Origin: an uncultured Acidobacteriota bacterium
Lineage (GTDB): Bacteria > Acidobacteriota > UBA6911
DNA length: 64,000 nucleotides
Direction of reading: 5' to 3'
Assembly (NCBI GenBank): GCA_963809485.1
Contig: CAWEJX010000021.1
Location: 1 to 64,000 of the forward strand
The position numbers and the translations under genes are program-made. The notes below the pieces were generated by a model that was not told where the DNA came from, ran no database searches, and was given only the letters and a program-made list of their open reading frames with translations. This document shows positions 1 to 9,814 of the stretch, piece by piece. Each line of letters begins with the position of its first letter. Position 1 is the stretch's first letter.

Positions 1-19
1 CTCGTAGGTAGGCACGGAA

Positions 20-907
20 TTGTTCGGTTTAAAGTGTGCTGTCGTGCGCGTCCTGCCCGGTTTTTCGCGCGACATCCAGCGCGGAAATGCCGCCTCGATA
101 CAGATTCTCGTCGACGGAACAAACTCGAACACGGCGGCCATTGTCTCCGGCTATGCCAACCAGGTCGTTTTGGCTTATGCGGCCAGGATACGCGCTCTTC
201 GGCAAGGCGCCCAGCTTGTCGCGCCGACCACGGTTTTAAAGGGACCGGCGCCCTCTGTTATCCCGGTTCTGACCGCACAATCCCGAGTCTGGTTCAATCC
301 CGATCTCAAAAGCCGGGTGTACTTTGTTCCCGGGGTCATCGTGATTCTCATCGCGCTGGTTACCATCATGCTGACGGCCATGAGCATCGTAAGGGAAAAA
401 GAGATCGGCACTATGGAGCAGCTGATGGTCACGCCGATGCGGCCGTTCGAGTTGATCCTCGGGAAGCTGCTGCCTTTCGCCGTGGCGGGAATTTTCGAAG
501 TTGCTATTGTTGTAGTGGCGGCGCTCGCGATCTTCAGCATACCGCTCCGGGGCAGCATCCTGCTGCTGTTCGGCTGCTCCGTGCTTTATCTCCTCTCCAC
601 CCTGGGAGTCGGCCTTTTCATCTCGACGATATCGAGGACGCAACAGCAGGCCATGATGTCGTCATTCTTCTTTTTTCTGCCCGCATTGCTTCTGAGCGGA
701 TTTGCCTTCCCGATCCGGAACATGCCGCTCCCCGTGCAGTATCTGACCTACCTGAATCCCCTCCGCTATTTCATTCAGATAGTGCGCGGCCTTTTTTTGA
801 AGGGAGTGGGTGTCGAATCTCTCTGGCAGGAGATCGCCGCGCTGGCCGTCTTCGGCGCGGCAATCCTCGGCATAAGCGCTCTGCGGTTTCAGAAGACCCT
901 GGATTAA
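20..907 (+). CDS. ABC-2 type transporter permease (YbhR/YbhS-like), 5'-partial
   Basis: Motifs IQILVDGTNSNTA, VWFNPDL, SIVREKEIGTMEQLMVTP, LLSGFAFPIRNMP and multiple TM helices. The true start probably lies outside the window. Confidence 0.9.
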   Translation: MFGLKCAVVRVLPGFSRDIQRGNAASIQILVDGTNSNTAAIVSGYANQVVLAYAARIRALRQGAQLVAPTTVLKGPAPSVIPVLTAQSRVWFNPDLKSRVYFVPGVIVILIALVTIMLTAMSIVREKEIGTMEQLMVTPMRPFELILGKLLPFAVAGIFEVAIVVVAALAIFSIPLRGSILLLFGCSVLYLLSTLGVGLFISTISRTQQQAMMSSFFFFLPALLLSGFAFPIRNMPLPVQYLTYLNPLRYFIQIVRGLFLKGVGVESLWQEIAALAVFGAAILGISALRFQKTLD

Positions 908-949
908 TCCGCGCAGACAGGCCTTTAAACAAGGTCGCGCCGAACCATC

Positions 950-1203
950 TGTTTTCAGGCAGCGCCGGAGGCTTAATGGTGGCCGGCCCCCTGGCCGGGA
1001 TCTGATCGTAACCGATGAAAAATAAAAGAAATCCTATTGGCCATAGATGTCCTTAAAGCTTTTTGAACTGCAGAATATCGAATAACGAATGAATTTCGAG
1101 GTCCTGCCCAAACTTCTGCGGTTCGATATTCGATATTCAATCGACATTTGTAAAAGGGATGCTGCCCCACCTCCAGAGCCGGTGGATTTCCCATTGGTTT
1201 AGG
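950..1203. repeat. Degenerate composite repeat, copy A1 (IS200/605-like end hairpins around a GAATATCGAAT/ATTCGATATTC palindrome)
   Basis: Shares ccttaaagctttttgaacYgcagaatatcgaat...cttctgcggttcgatattcgatattc...gatgctgcc...agccggt...attggNttag with 2747-3041. Confidence 0.7.
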
Positions 1204-1337
1204 TCTTCCTGGGGATACCGAAAGGCCGCCCCTGCCAAAAATCCGAAGTGCACGCATGCATAACGTTCGCAAAAAATTTGCGGCGAGGGAGCCGGAAAAG
1301 ATATTATGGGCAGCCTGTGGAGGCCCCAAAGAAGCGT

Positions 1338-2108
1338 ATGGCAAGAAAAACTGTACTGCCGGCAATTTTGGCTATGCTGCTGTTCGGCAGCACCCTGATC
1401 CTTCAGGTTCCGGATTCCCTGAGCAACCCCCGCCCCAAATTCGATGAGGCTCAATCCGTACAGGCGTTGACCAGGCTGGGAGTGCCGCTGCAACGGGCTC
1501 CCCGGGGCGAGGTGCGCTGGATCGAGGCTGTCGGCGGCGAGCTGAGCGACGAAGCGATCGCCTATCTGCCAGGGCTGCAAAAACTGGAATGGCTGGAGAT
1601 TGGCGGAGGGAGCGCTTCGCCGTCGGGCCTCGTGTCGCTGAAAAACTGCAACTCGTTGAGGCGCCTGTATATTCACGACATCAACCTGGACGGAAACGAT
1701 CTGGAATGGCTTTCCAGCCTCACAAACCTGGAAGCTCTTTCCTTGCAGCGCACCGGAATCAGCGGTAGCGTCCTGAAGAACATAAAGGCTGTCGATACGC
1801 TGGCGGTCTTAAACCTGAGCGGCAATCCCATTCAAAACGAAGACATGGATGCCATCGCGCTCCTGAAAAACCTGGAAGTTCTGGCCCTTGCGGATACCAA
1901 AATAACCGGAGCGGGCCTCGCCAAGCTTGAAGGGATGAGAAGCCTTAACGAACTGAACCTGATGCGCTGCAACATTGTGGACGAAGATCTCGATCACTTT
2001 CTCACCATGCCCAACCTTCGCATCGTTTACGCCGAAGGCTGCAACCTGGGAAACTGGGCCATCGAAAATATGAAATACAAGTTTTCTATGCTGGCAATTT
2101 TCCGTTGA
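1338..2108 (+). CDS. Exported/membrane-anchored leucine-rich repeat protein
   Basis: Repeated LxxLxL units (LEWLEI, LRRLYI, LEALSL, LAVLNL, LEVLAL, LNELNL) and an N-terminal hydrophobic leader from ATG 1338. Confidence 0.85.
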   Translation: MARKTVLPAILAMLLFGSTLILQVPDSLSNPRPKFDEAQSVQALTRLGVPLQRAPRGEVRWIEAVGGELSDEAIAYLPGLQKLEWLEIGGGSASPSGLVSLKNCNSLRRLYIHDINLDGNDLEWLSSLTNLEALSLQRTGISGSVLKNIKAVDTLAVLNLSGNPIQNEDMDAIALLKNLEVLALADTKITGAGLAKLEGMRSLNELNLMRCNIVDEDLDHFLTMPNLRIVYAEGCNLGNWAIENMKYKFSMLAIFR

Positions 2109-2161
2109 GGATTCGAAACAGCGGGACGGTTTGCAGCCAAACCTGCGGAAGGATATTTTGA

Positions 2162-2746
2162 ATGCGCAAAATAGCAAAAACCGTTTTGTTATCGTTTCTG
2201 GCGTTGTTGGTAAGTCTCTCCGCAAGCGCTGTCCTGAGCGGCGAGGATACCAAGTGGATGCGCACTCCGGATGTTGTCTATGTCGGCACCCCATACGACG
2301 TAGTGTCGAAAATGCTCCGTATGGCAAAAGTCAAGAAAGGGGACCGGGTCTACGATCTCGGCTGCGGGGACGCCAGAATGCTGGTCCTGGCTGCCCAGAA
2401 ATACGGCTGCCGGGGAAAAGGATACGATATCGATCCGGAACGGGTCCGCGCTTCGAGGGAGAATGTCGTCCGGAACAATGTCGGCGACCTCGTGAAGATT
2501 TTTCAGGCCGACATTTTCACGATCGACCTGAGCAAGGCGGATGTCATCCCCATTTACCTCCTCCCCGAGATGAACCGCAGGCTCCTGCCGCAACTGGATA
2601 AGCTCAAGCCGGGCTCCCGAATAGTCTGTCACGACTACGACCTCGAGGGCATCATCCCGGACGAAACGCTCAGCATAGTCTCCAACGAGGACAACGCCAG
2701 CCACACCCTTTCGCTGTACACCACTCCATTAAGACGGAAGGAATAA
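2162..2746 (+). CDS. Class I SAM-dependent methyltransferase with N-terminal signal-like peptide
   Basis: Motif I VYDLGCGDAR, GYDIDPER, ADIF, YLLPEMN, PGSRIVCHDY. Confidence 0.9.
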   Translation: MRKIAKTVLLSFLALLVSLSASAVLSGEDTKWMRTPDVVYVGTPYDVVSKMLRMAKVKKGDRVYDLGCGDARMLVLAAQKYGCRGKGYDIDPERVRASRENVVRNNVGDLVKIFQADIFTIDLSKADVIPIYLLPEMNRRLLPQLDKLKPGSRIVCHDYDLEGIIPDETLSIVSNEDNASHTLSLYTTPLRRKE

Positions 2747-3041
2747 GTATCCTCCGGCAGAGCCGAAGGGTTAATGTTTACCGGCTTCTAAAAGGTTCTC
2801 GATAGCAACCGATCAAAGACAAGCGAAGTTTCATGCGTCATGGATATCCTTAAAGCTTTTTGAACCGCAGAATATCGAATGAAGAATGCTGAATTTCGAA
2901 GTTCTTCTGCGGTTCGATATTCGATATTCGTTATTTAATGTTTTGGGTTGCTGTCAGTACGCCGGGGAAAAGGCATGCTACGGTATTTGTCAAAACGATG
3001 CTGCCTTGCCGGCACAGCCGGTAGACCTCCGATTGGATTAG
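2747..3041. repeat. Degenerate composite repeat, copy A2
   Basis: Begins gtatcctccggcagagccgaagg right after the stop codon; core homologous to 950-1203. Confidence 0.7.
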
Positions 3042-3261
3042 CCTGGGGGATTCCAGATCGCAGGTCACAAGTCAAAAATCTCTTCGCAGGACTGCGTTAA
3101 AACCTCGTCCCTTGAAAGCAACAGGTCTTTTGTTTGCTCGCCACGCCATTTGCGGGTGGTTTTTTGTTTTTGAGGATATTCACAAGCAGTTTCGGAGCAG
3201 GGAGAAAGGAATTTGCCGGGGGACGCATTCCATGAATGACAGAATGCGTCCCCAGACAGTC

Positions 3262-4545
3262 TCACTTAGCGGCTTGCTTTGCAGCAGGTGCAGAAGTCCT
3301 TTTGGCGTTCCTTCGCATTTCTTCGGCCATATATTTAATCTCGGTCAAGGAACGCTGCAATTCGCTCCAGCCGTACCAGAAGGCGTAGTCGGGATTGTTG
3401 TGGAAAGTTCCCTGAAATGCCCTGTTGCGCTGCTCAAGGAACATCACAAAGAGTTTCAGCTCGATGGGCGTCGGGGCATCGTGGAAGGTCAGCAGGTCCG
3501 GAAAATCGTAGGCATAGGTCTTGGGCCTGGGGATGATTTTATCCTTATACAAATCCGCAACGACGCGGATCGCCTGCGCCATCAGACGATCGGCTTCCTT
3601 GATCATCCGGTCGCCCTTATCCAGTTCTCCCTTGGCAAAATTGCCCGAATGACATTTTTGACAGGTGGCGAGCATCTTGTCGCGATCTTTCTGCCAGTCT
3701 TCCTGCGTCAAGCGGGCAACCTGTGCGCCTTTAACTACGTCCAGGCGGGCAGTCGGTTTCCCGGCAGGATCCAAAACCCCCAGGGCTTGAAGGATCATGG
3801 TCCGGTCCTGCGCCCAGACGACATCGTCAGGCATCGGCAGACGGACCGCCAGGAAACCCCAGGCGGCGCGGACTTCATGGTTCCCGTCCTGCATATGACA
3901 GGTCTGACAGGTTGGCGCGGAAACGGTCTCAGGCAGGACTTTGGTTTGTTTCAGCAGGTAGCGAACCCCGTGTTTGGAGGCCGAATACATTTCCCACTGG
4001 GGATGATCAAATCCCATGTGGCAGGTCTGGCATGCCTGAGGCTGCCGCGCCTCCTGAACCGAGAAACTGTGGCGAGTGTGGCAGCTATCGCACGAGGCTG
4101 TGCCGAATCCGGGACTGCTTTTCCTCAGTTCCTTGATCTCCGCCTCTGTTTTGAGCCCGTTCTTGTGGCATGCACCACAGCCTTTCATCCCTTCGGTCAG
4201 AACCGAAGGCTGCCAGTGCATGGTAGGCATCGCTTTCATGGCCGCCCAGGCAAAAGCGTGCTTACCCTTTTTGTACTCTGCAACCCGCTGGCTATGGCAA
4301 GGAGCGCATGTATCCGGCGTCGGGATTTTTACTTTGGCCGCATCGCTGGCTGAGGTGTGCTGATCACCGTGGCAGCTCACGCAGTCCATGCCGGACTTGG
4401 CCATTTTGCCGGTTTCCCAGTCACTGACAATGTTGGGATTCGTATTCTTATGGCAATCCACACAATTCGACGCCGCATAGGCGGCGCCTGAACCGATGCA
4501 TAGAGCCGCAATCATTAAGGTCAGGAGCAAACTCGGCTTCTTCAT
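3262..4545 (-). CDS. Octaheme cytochrome c, hydroxylamine oxidoreductase (HAO) family
   Basis: Signal peptide from ATG 4545. Eight CxxCH motifs (CVDCH, CVSCH, CAPCH, CGACH, CDSCH, CQTCH x2, CQKCH), plus HTRHSFS, GFDHPQWEMY and FHNNPDY. Confidence 0.85.
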   Translation of the reverse strand: MKKPSLLLTLMIAALCIGSGAAYAASNCVDCHKNTNPNIVSDWETGKMAKSGMDCVSCHGDQHTSASDAAKVKIPTPDTCAPCHSQRVAEYKKGKHAFAWAAMKAMPTMHWQPSVLTEGMKGCGACHKNGLKTEAEIKELRKSSPGFGTASCDSCHTRHSFSVQEARQPQACQTCHMGFDHPQWEMYSASKHGVRYLLKQTKVLPETVSAPTCQTCHMQDGNHEVRAAWGFLAVRLPMPDDVVWAQDRTMILQALGVLDPAGKPTARLDVVKGAQVARLTQEDWQKDRDKMLATCQKCHSGNFAKGELDKGDRMIKEADRLMAQAIRVVADLYKDKIIPRPKTYAYDFPDLLTFHDAPTPIELKLFVMFLEQRNRAFQGTFHNNPDYAFWYGWSELQRSLTEIKYMAEEMRRNAKRTSAPAAKQAAK

Positions 4546-4731
4546 AACACTGCCTTTCTGAATTTCAAAGGTCTGCCGCCGTTTCAAGCCAAAAACCGGT
4601 ACCAAAACCGGGGGGCATTATAAATGATTTGCAGGTCACTTGTAAAACATAGTTTGGCTCGCATTTCGCGCAGCTTTCCTCTGGAGGCGTTTCGGACCGG
4701 CATAGGTACGATCCGTTGGAGTTGAAGTCAG

Positions 4732-4953
4732 GTACCTCCGGCAAAGCCGGAGGCAAGATTTGAACCGCTCAAAGCGGTTGGACTAGTTACGCCGGTCTTG
4801 AACGCTGACTTACGCGGGCAAAAGCCGATGAGGCGCTTCCGATCCCCGCCGAACAAATCGGTGTTTGTCAGCGCTTTTATCAGCGTTTCTCAGCGTTTCA
4901 AAATACGGAGCTGTCAAACTCTTTGAGTCCCCCGGCAGAGCCGGGGGTTTACC
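4732..4953. mobile_element. Non-autonomous IS200/IS605-like element (end hairpins, no transposase)
   Basis: Hairpins cctccggcaaagccggagg, aaccgctcaaagcggtt and cccccggcagagccggggg enclose TCAGCG repeats. A partial homolog lies at 17678-17778. Confidence 0.6.
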
Positions 4954-5062
4954 AATGCAATTAAAACCTGCAACCTGCAGCCCATTACATCAGCAGAAAT
5001 GCCCGGATTCACGATTCACCGCAAATCGCGTCTGCAATTCGGGTTGTGGCTGAGAGGCGGTT

Positions 5063-6469
5063 TTATGCTCTGAGCTGACTGGCGACTTTGTATGCCAATT
5101 TCACGCAGTCATTCAAGCTTACGCCGTAGTAGGCATTGCCGATGACGAACAGCCCGGGATGCCGGGAAACCAGTTGCTCGATACGCGCGCGCCGGTCCCG
5201 GTGGCCAAGTTTAAATTGCGGAATTCCGAGTTCCCACCGATAGATGCGGATAAACGACGGTTCCGCGGGCAGGCCGATCAGCGGATCCAGTTCGCGCTGA
5301 AGAGTCCGCCACAGCTCGTCATCGGACAAATCCATCACCAAGGGGTCGCCGGCCCCCCCCAGCATGGACCGGAGCTGAACATATCCTTCGGGGGCGCGCT
5401 CCCGGAAAATGGAAGAGGTCCAGATGGAACCCAGAGTTCTCAGCCCTTGATTGCGGGGAACCAGGAAGCCGAATCCGTCCAGGGAATGTTTCACATCTTC
5501 CCGGCGGTGCCCGGTGGCGAGCACGATGATGGGGGCGTAGGGAAACGCACCGAATGCAGCGGAAAGATCCGGATCGAAGCCCCGGAACAGCTGCGCCGCA
5601 GAGTAGGCGGGACACGCGATCACCAGTTGCCTGGCCCGGACCGAAATCCCCGTTTGATCGGCAATTTCCCAGGCATTGTCCCCGCGGCGGATGGATGCAA
5701 TGCTCCGGTTTTTTCTGATAATCGGATTCAAACGTTCTTCGAGCTTTTGAATTATCCGGTCCACTCCGCCTTCGAAAGATGTCAGGTGTCCGGCGGGGCC
5801 TGCCGGGCCGCCGGATTTTTTCACAGGGGCAATTCCCCGCTTCTGCGCCCGGCGCTTCTCCAATTGCCTGGCGATCAGAGCCTTCGAAAGCCCGCCATAG
5901 CGCATTTCCATCTCTCGCATGATAGGGAAACAGGCGGGCAGCGAAAGCTCGCGCGCCAATCCGCCGTAAACGCCGGATACCATGGGGTCGACAAAAGTCT
6001 CGGCGGCTGCCCGGCCTATGCGGCGCGCCGCGAAATCAAAAACGGACTCTTCACCGTCGTCCCGACGCCCGGGAATGAGGGGCTCACAAAAAACGCGAGC
6101 CTTTTCGAGCGGGCTCAGAAGGCCCGTAGAAAGCATCCGTGCAGGCGAAAATGGAACCTCGTGAAGGCGCCCGTTCTTGACGATAAAGCGCTTTGTGCTT
6201 TTGGGATCGGCCGGCTCCAGTTGATCCTTCAGACCGATTTCATCAACCATGCGAAGCGTAAGAGGCTCGCGATCCAGGAAACCATTCGGGCCCCAGTCCA
6301 CCGAGTATCCATCCACCCGGTCCGTTCCCAGGGTGCCGCCCAGCCGGCCGGTGGATTCCCAAAGCTCACAGCGGCCGGATTGCGCCGCCAATCCTGAGGC
6401 GTGGGCCACGGCGAGGCCGGAGATGCCTCCGCCGACAATCAGGACTTCCAGCATTTTTGTCTGCTCCAC
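5063..6469 (-). CDS. hemY: Protoporphyrinogen/coproporphyrinogen oxidase (HemY type)
   Basis: FAD motif IVGGGISGL, GPNGFL, GFGFLVP, LGSIWTSSIF, IPQF, GNAYYGVSLNDC. Confidence 0.9.
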   Translation of the reverse strand: MEQTKMLEVLIVGGGISGLAVAHASGLAAQSGRCELWESTGRLGGTLGTDRVDGYSVDWGPNGFLDREPLTLRMVDEIGLKDQLEPADPKSTKRFIVKNGRLHEVPFSPARMLSTGLLSPLEKARVFCEPLIPGRRDDGEESVFDFAARRIGRAAAETFVDPMVSGVYGGLARELSLPACFPIMREMEMRYGGLSKALIARQLEKRRAQKRGIAPVKKSGGPAGPAGHLTSFEGGVDRIIQKLEERLNPIIRKNRSIASIRRGDNAWEIADQTGISVRARQLVIACPAYSAAQLFRGFDPDLSAAFGAFPYAPIIVLATGHRREDVKHSLDGFGFLVPRNQGLRTLGSIWTSSIFRERAPEGYVQLRSMLGGAGDPLVMDLSDDELWRTLQRELDPLIGLPAEPSFIRIYRWELGIPQFKLGHRDRRARIEQLVSRHPGLFVIGNAYYGVSLNDCVKLAYKVASQLRA

Positions 6470-6505
6470 TCGCTTCCTCCTCCGGATTGCTTCCGAGGGA
6501 CGCGC

Positions 6506-6709
6506 TTAAATCCGCTTCTGCGATACCAGGCGAGCGAAATGCTCGAAAGACCGGTCGTACGTGCGTTCCGCATCGGCCGGAAAACAACAGGCGGGAAGCT
6601 CCCGGCTGCCGAGGTGATACCTGAGGCAATCGCAGCAGATGGCCTTGTTCGAGCAAGGTTCGTAAGTGCAGTTGCAGTTCTTCTTGTTCTGAGACTGTTT
6701 GCATTCCAT
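6506..6709 (-). CDS. Small Cys-rich protein (DUF6485-like)
   Basis: CNCTYEPC...CCDCLRYH...LPACCF...YDRSF pattern. Confidence 0.75.
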   Translation of the reverse strand: MECKQSQNKKNCNCTYEPCSNKAICCDCLRYHLGSRELPACCFPADAERTYDRSFEHFARLVSQKRI

Positions 6710-6842
6710 GCGGACACCTTTGAGGTTCGGGATTCAGGATCGATGGCGCTCCCCTGTTTCGGAGACGACAATTTTGAATCGCTATGGCGAAACCCCGGCA
6801 ATCAAGAACCCGGCAGCGCTTGGAATCTCGAATTTCGAATCG

Positions 6843-7928
6843 TTACTGGTAATATCGGCCGAAACGATTATTCAGGAAATCTTCATACCGTACGCTCTCC
6901 TGGGTGACAAAGCCTTTGGGAGGATTCGGGGACTGCAGGATCAAGTCGGCCACGGCACACAAACCGCAGGCTGTCGTCACCTGGATGGCAGACCATAACC
7001 GGCCGGCGATCTCCCGCCTGTAAAACTTCTTCACATAATTCTCCTCAAACAGTTCCCCGCCCTGTTTTCCGGAAACGGACACATAAATCAGCACGACATC
7101 CTGCAGCGTTTTGGGCACGGCGTTTTCCAGGATACGTTTTAAGGTGTTGCGGTCATGATTCAATTTCAGATCCTGCATGAGGAAATGAATCTTTTCGCAA
7201 TGGCCGGGATAGCGCAGTGTCTTGTAATTCAGGGTCCGGACCTTTCCGCGATACGTTTCGGCCAGGGTCCCGATCCCGCCGGATGTGTTGAATCCTTCAT
7301 AAAGGAGGCCGTCGACTTCAATGGTTTCGTATCCCTCCAGGGGCAAGAGGACCGCCCCGGTCCCATTTTCAACGCCATAGCAGAGGTTCCCGTACTCATT
7401 GATGAGACCGTCTGTTGACCAGGTCAGCGAGTATTTGAGCGCATTGCTGGGATTTATGGGGAGGGCGCCGACCCGCAGCTTGACGGTGTCGAGTTCCTCA
7501 AAGTGGTTCATCAATTCATTGGCAATGATGCTGATGAAGCCGGGGGCCAGGCCGCACTGAGGAACGAATGCCGTATCAGCCTCCAGACTGGTTTTTGCTA
7601 TGTAGCGCGCCACTTCGACATCTTCGGTGAGATCGAAGTAGTGCAGCCGGAACTGCAGCGCGATTTCCGCAACCGTGAAATTGCAGTAATAGGGCAGGCA
7701 GGAGATTACGGCATCCACAGGGTGTGATTCCAGGAAATGCGCCAGCGCTGCCCGGTTCATGGCATCCAGAGAATGAACCGAAAGGCGATCGGAGGATAGC
7801 TCCTGCGTGCGGCGGACCACTTCCTCATCCGATTCGCCGACATAGATCTGGTAGTCTCCGGTATCGGACAAAAGACAGGCAATGAGAGAACCGACCTTGC
7901 CGGCTCCAAGCATCAGTATCTTTTTCAT
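6843..7928 (-). CDS. Saccharopine dehydrogenase / lysine 6-dehydrogenase family protein
   Basis: Rossmann GAGKVG, HYFDLTEDV, PQCGLAPG, WSTDGLINEY, YKTLRYPGH. Confidence 0.9.
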   Translation of the reverse strand: MKKILMLGAGKVGSLIACLLSDTGDYQIYVGESDEEVVRRTQELSSDRLSVHSLDAMNRAALAHFLESHPVDAVISCLPYYCNFTVAEIALQFRLHYFDLTEDVEVARYIAKTSLEADTAFVPQCGLAPGFISIIANELMNHFEELDTVKLRVGALPINPSNALKYSLTWSTDGLINEYGNLCYGVENGTGAVLLPLEGYETIEVDGLLYEGFNTSGGIGTLAETYRGKVRTLNYKTLRYPGHCEKIHFLMQDLKLNHDRNTLKRILENAVPKTLQDVVLIYVSVSGKQGGELFEENYVKKFYRREIAGRLWSAIQVTTACGLCAVADLILQSPNPPKGFVTQESVRYEDFLNNRFGRYYQ

Positions 7929-7994
7929 TTGTGCCTCCTAGCGCCCGGTGGCATGTTACCTCATTGCCCTGCGGACTGCCATCATAAGTAGTCA

Positions 7995-8079
7995 CTGGGG
8001 ACGACTCTCCAGAGTCGGCCGATGGGCGAATGACTGGGTTACGCTTAATCGGACCGGTCTGGAGACCGGTCCTCACGAA
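7995..8079. repeat. REP-like palindrome doublet (GGACCGGTCTGGAGACCGGTCCTCACGAA plus degenerate partner)
   Basis: Hairpin with TCACGAA tail; same family as 27112-27200. Confidence 0.7.
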
Positions 8080-8161
8080 TTACTGGATAAAAAAATTTCG
8101 GGAGGGGCGATCTGCTAAAAGCGCGCTTGCATATTTCACGGCAAAATAGAAAATTATCGGC

Positions 8162-9364
8162 GTGATTGCAGCTGCGTCAATCTTTCTGGGAACCTATCTT
8201 GTTCTTGCTATCGGGCGGCTGCCCGGATACCGCGTGGATCGCACCGGAGCGGCGATCATCGGGGCCAGCCTGATGATGGCGTTCAATGTCCTGACTCTTG
8301 AAGAAGCCTACGCCTCCATCGATCACAACACAATTATCCTCCTGTTCGGGATGATGATCGTGGTAGCCAACCTGCGCCTTTCCGGCTTTTTCTCAGCCGT
8401 AACAGAGTGGTCGGTAAGGCATGCGCATCACCCTCTGACTCTGCTTGCAGCCGTTGTGCTGGTTTCCGGCGTTTTCTCCGCATTTTTCGTTAACGATACA
8501 ATGTGCCTGGTGCTGACACCGCTGGTGCTTGACATCGTTCTGGCCCTGCGTCGCAATCCGGTTCCCTATCTTCTCGCCGTGGCGATGGCGTCAAATATAG
8601 GCAGTGTGGCGACTATCACGGGCAATCCCCAGAACATGATGATCGGGGCTTTTTCGGGAATTCACTACCGGCATTTCGCCGCCATGCTGGCGCCCGCGGC
8701 GGCCGCAGGGCTGGTCCTCACATTCATCCTGGTTGCCGTCATTTATCGTAAGGAGTTCCGCAGCTCCGACCGTATTGTCCTGGAGGGCCGCCGCATCCGG
8801 ATCAACCGTGTGCTTATGTGGAAATCAGTGGCTGTATCGGGATTGATGATCCTGTTCTTTTTTGCCGGCTGGCCGGTCCCAAAAGTGGCGGTGATTGCCG
8901 GAGCCCTGCTGCTCATTACCCGGCGGGTGAAGCCTGAGAAGATTTATCACGAAATAGACTTTTCGCTGCTGGTGCTCTTTATCGGGCTCTTCATAGTGGT
9001 CGCGGGGATTGAGAAAACAACGCTTCCCTCAGACGCCCTGGCTATCGCGTCGGGATATGGCCTGGACCGGCCGGGAGTTCTCAGCGCCGCTGCCGTCTTG
9101 CTGTCGAACCTCACCAGCAACGTCCCGGCAGTTCTGATCTTCAAGCCCCTGGTTCCCCACCTCGCTGATCCCAACCGTGCCTGGCTGCTGCTGGCAATGG
9201 CCACGACCTTTGCCGGAAATCTCACCGTGCTCGGATCGGTGGCAAACCTGATCGTCATCCAGCGGGCCAGAAGGCAGGCTGCCATTTCCTTCTGGGAGTA
9301 TTTTATGGTAGGCCTGCCCCTGACGGTCCTAACCACCGTCCTCGGAGTGTATTTTCTCAGCTAA
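8162..9364 (+). CDS. ArsB/NhaD/SLC13-superfamily anion permease
   Basis: About 11 TM segments; SAFFVNDT, ASNIGSVATITGNPQN, SNLTSNVPAV, AGNLTVLGSVANLIV. Confidence 0.9.
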   Translation: MIAAASIFLGTYLVLAIGRLPGYRVDRTGAAIIGASLMMAFNVLTLEEAYASIDHNTIILLFGMMIVVANLRLSGFFSAVTEWSVRHAHHPLTLLAAVVLVSGVFSAFFVNDTMCLVLTPLVLDIVLALRRNPVPYLLAVAMASNIGSVATITGNPQNMMIGAFSGIHYRHFAAMLAPAAAAGLVLTFILVAVIYRKEFRSSDRIVLEGRRIRINRVLMWKSVAVSGLMILFFFAGWPVPKVAVIAGALLLITRRVKPEKIYHEIDFSLLVLFIGLFIVVAGIEKTTLPSDALAIASGYGLDRPGVLSAAAVLLSNLTSNVPAVLIFKPLVPHLADPNRAWLLLAMATTFAGNLTVLGSVANLIVIQRARRQAAISFWEYFMVGLPLTVLTTVLGVYFLS

Positions 9365-9511
9365 ATGACCTTCGGCTGCAAGGCGAGGGGATTCAGCCAT
9401 CCCCGATGAGGACACGAAGGCGCCCGGTCCGATCCCCTTTAATCGTCAGCGTTCATCAGCGGTTTTGTCTGCTTATGTCAGCGTTACAATTACCGGACAA
9501 GCCCTATTGAT

Positions 9512-9813
9512 TAGTTTCTGTCGCGAAACTCGGGTTTTGTGAAAAAGCCAAATTTTTCAACCGTCAATAGGATATTTGATACTACATAGAAGCCGATAAT
9601 TGGAGTCCGGCCGCGTAGCGGCCAGCTGAATTTAGCCAGGCCTTTTAAGGCCTGGATCGAAAGGAGTTAAGTTTTCCGTCGCGTAGCGACGGCTGAATCT
9701 CAGGCGTCGCTACGCGACGCGCTGCTCGCTTTACCGTGGTTCCCGGCCTTGAAAGGCCGGGCTAAAATCATAGTGCCGCTACGCGGCACAAACCAGTTTC
9801 GCGACAGAAACTA
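9512..9813. mobile_element. MITE (~300 bp) with TIR GTTTCTGTCGCGAAACT, TA flanks and a nested REP-like palindrome; copy 1
   Basis: tagtttctgtcgcgaaact...agtttcgcgacagaaacta; near-identical copy at 27223-27526. Confidence 0.85.
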
Positions 9814-9814
9814 A

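Noticed and set aside
3112-4353. Long antisense ORFs here and at 5159-6397, 10496-11947, 23066-24259 and 54418-55875
   Set aside because: Shadow ORFs opposite well-supported genes in GC-rich DNA, with no recognisable motifs.
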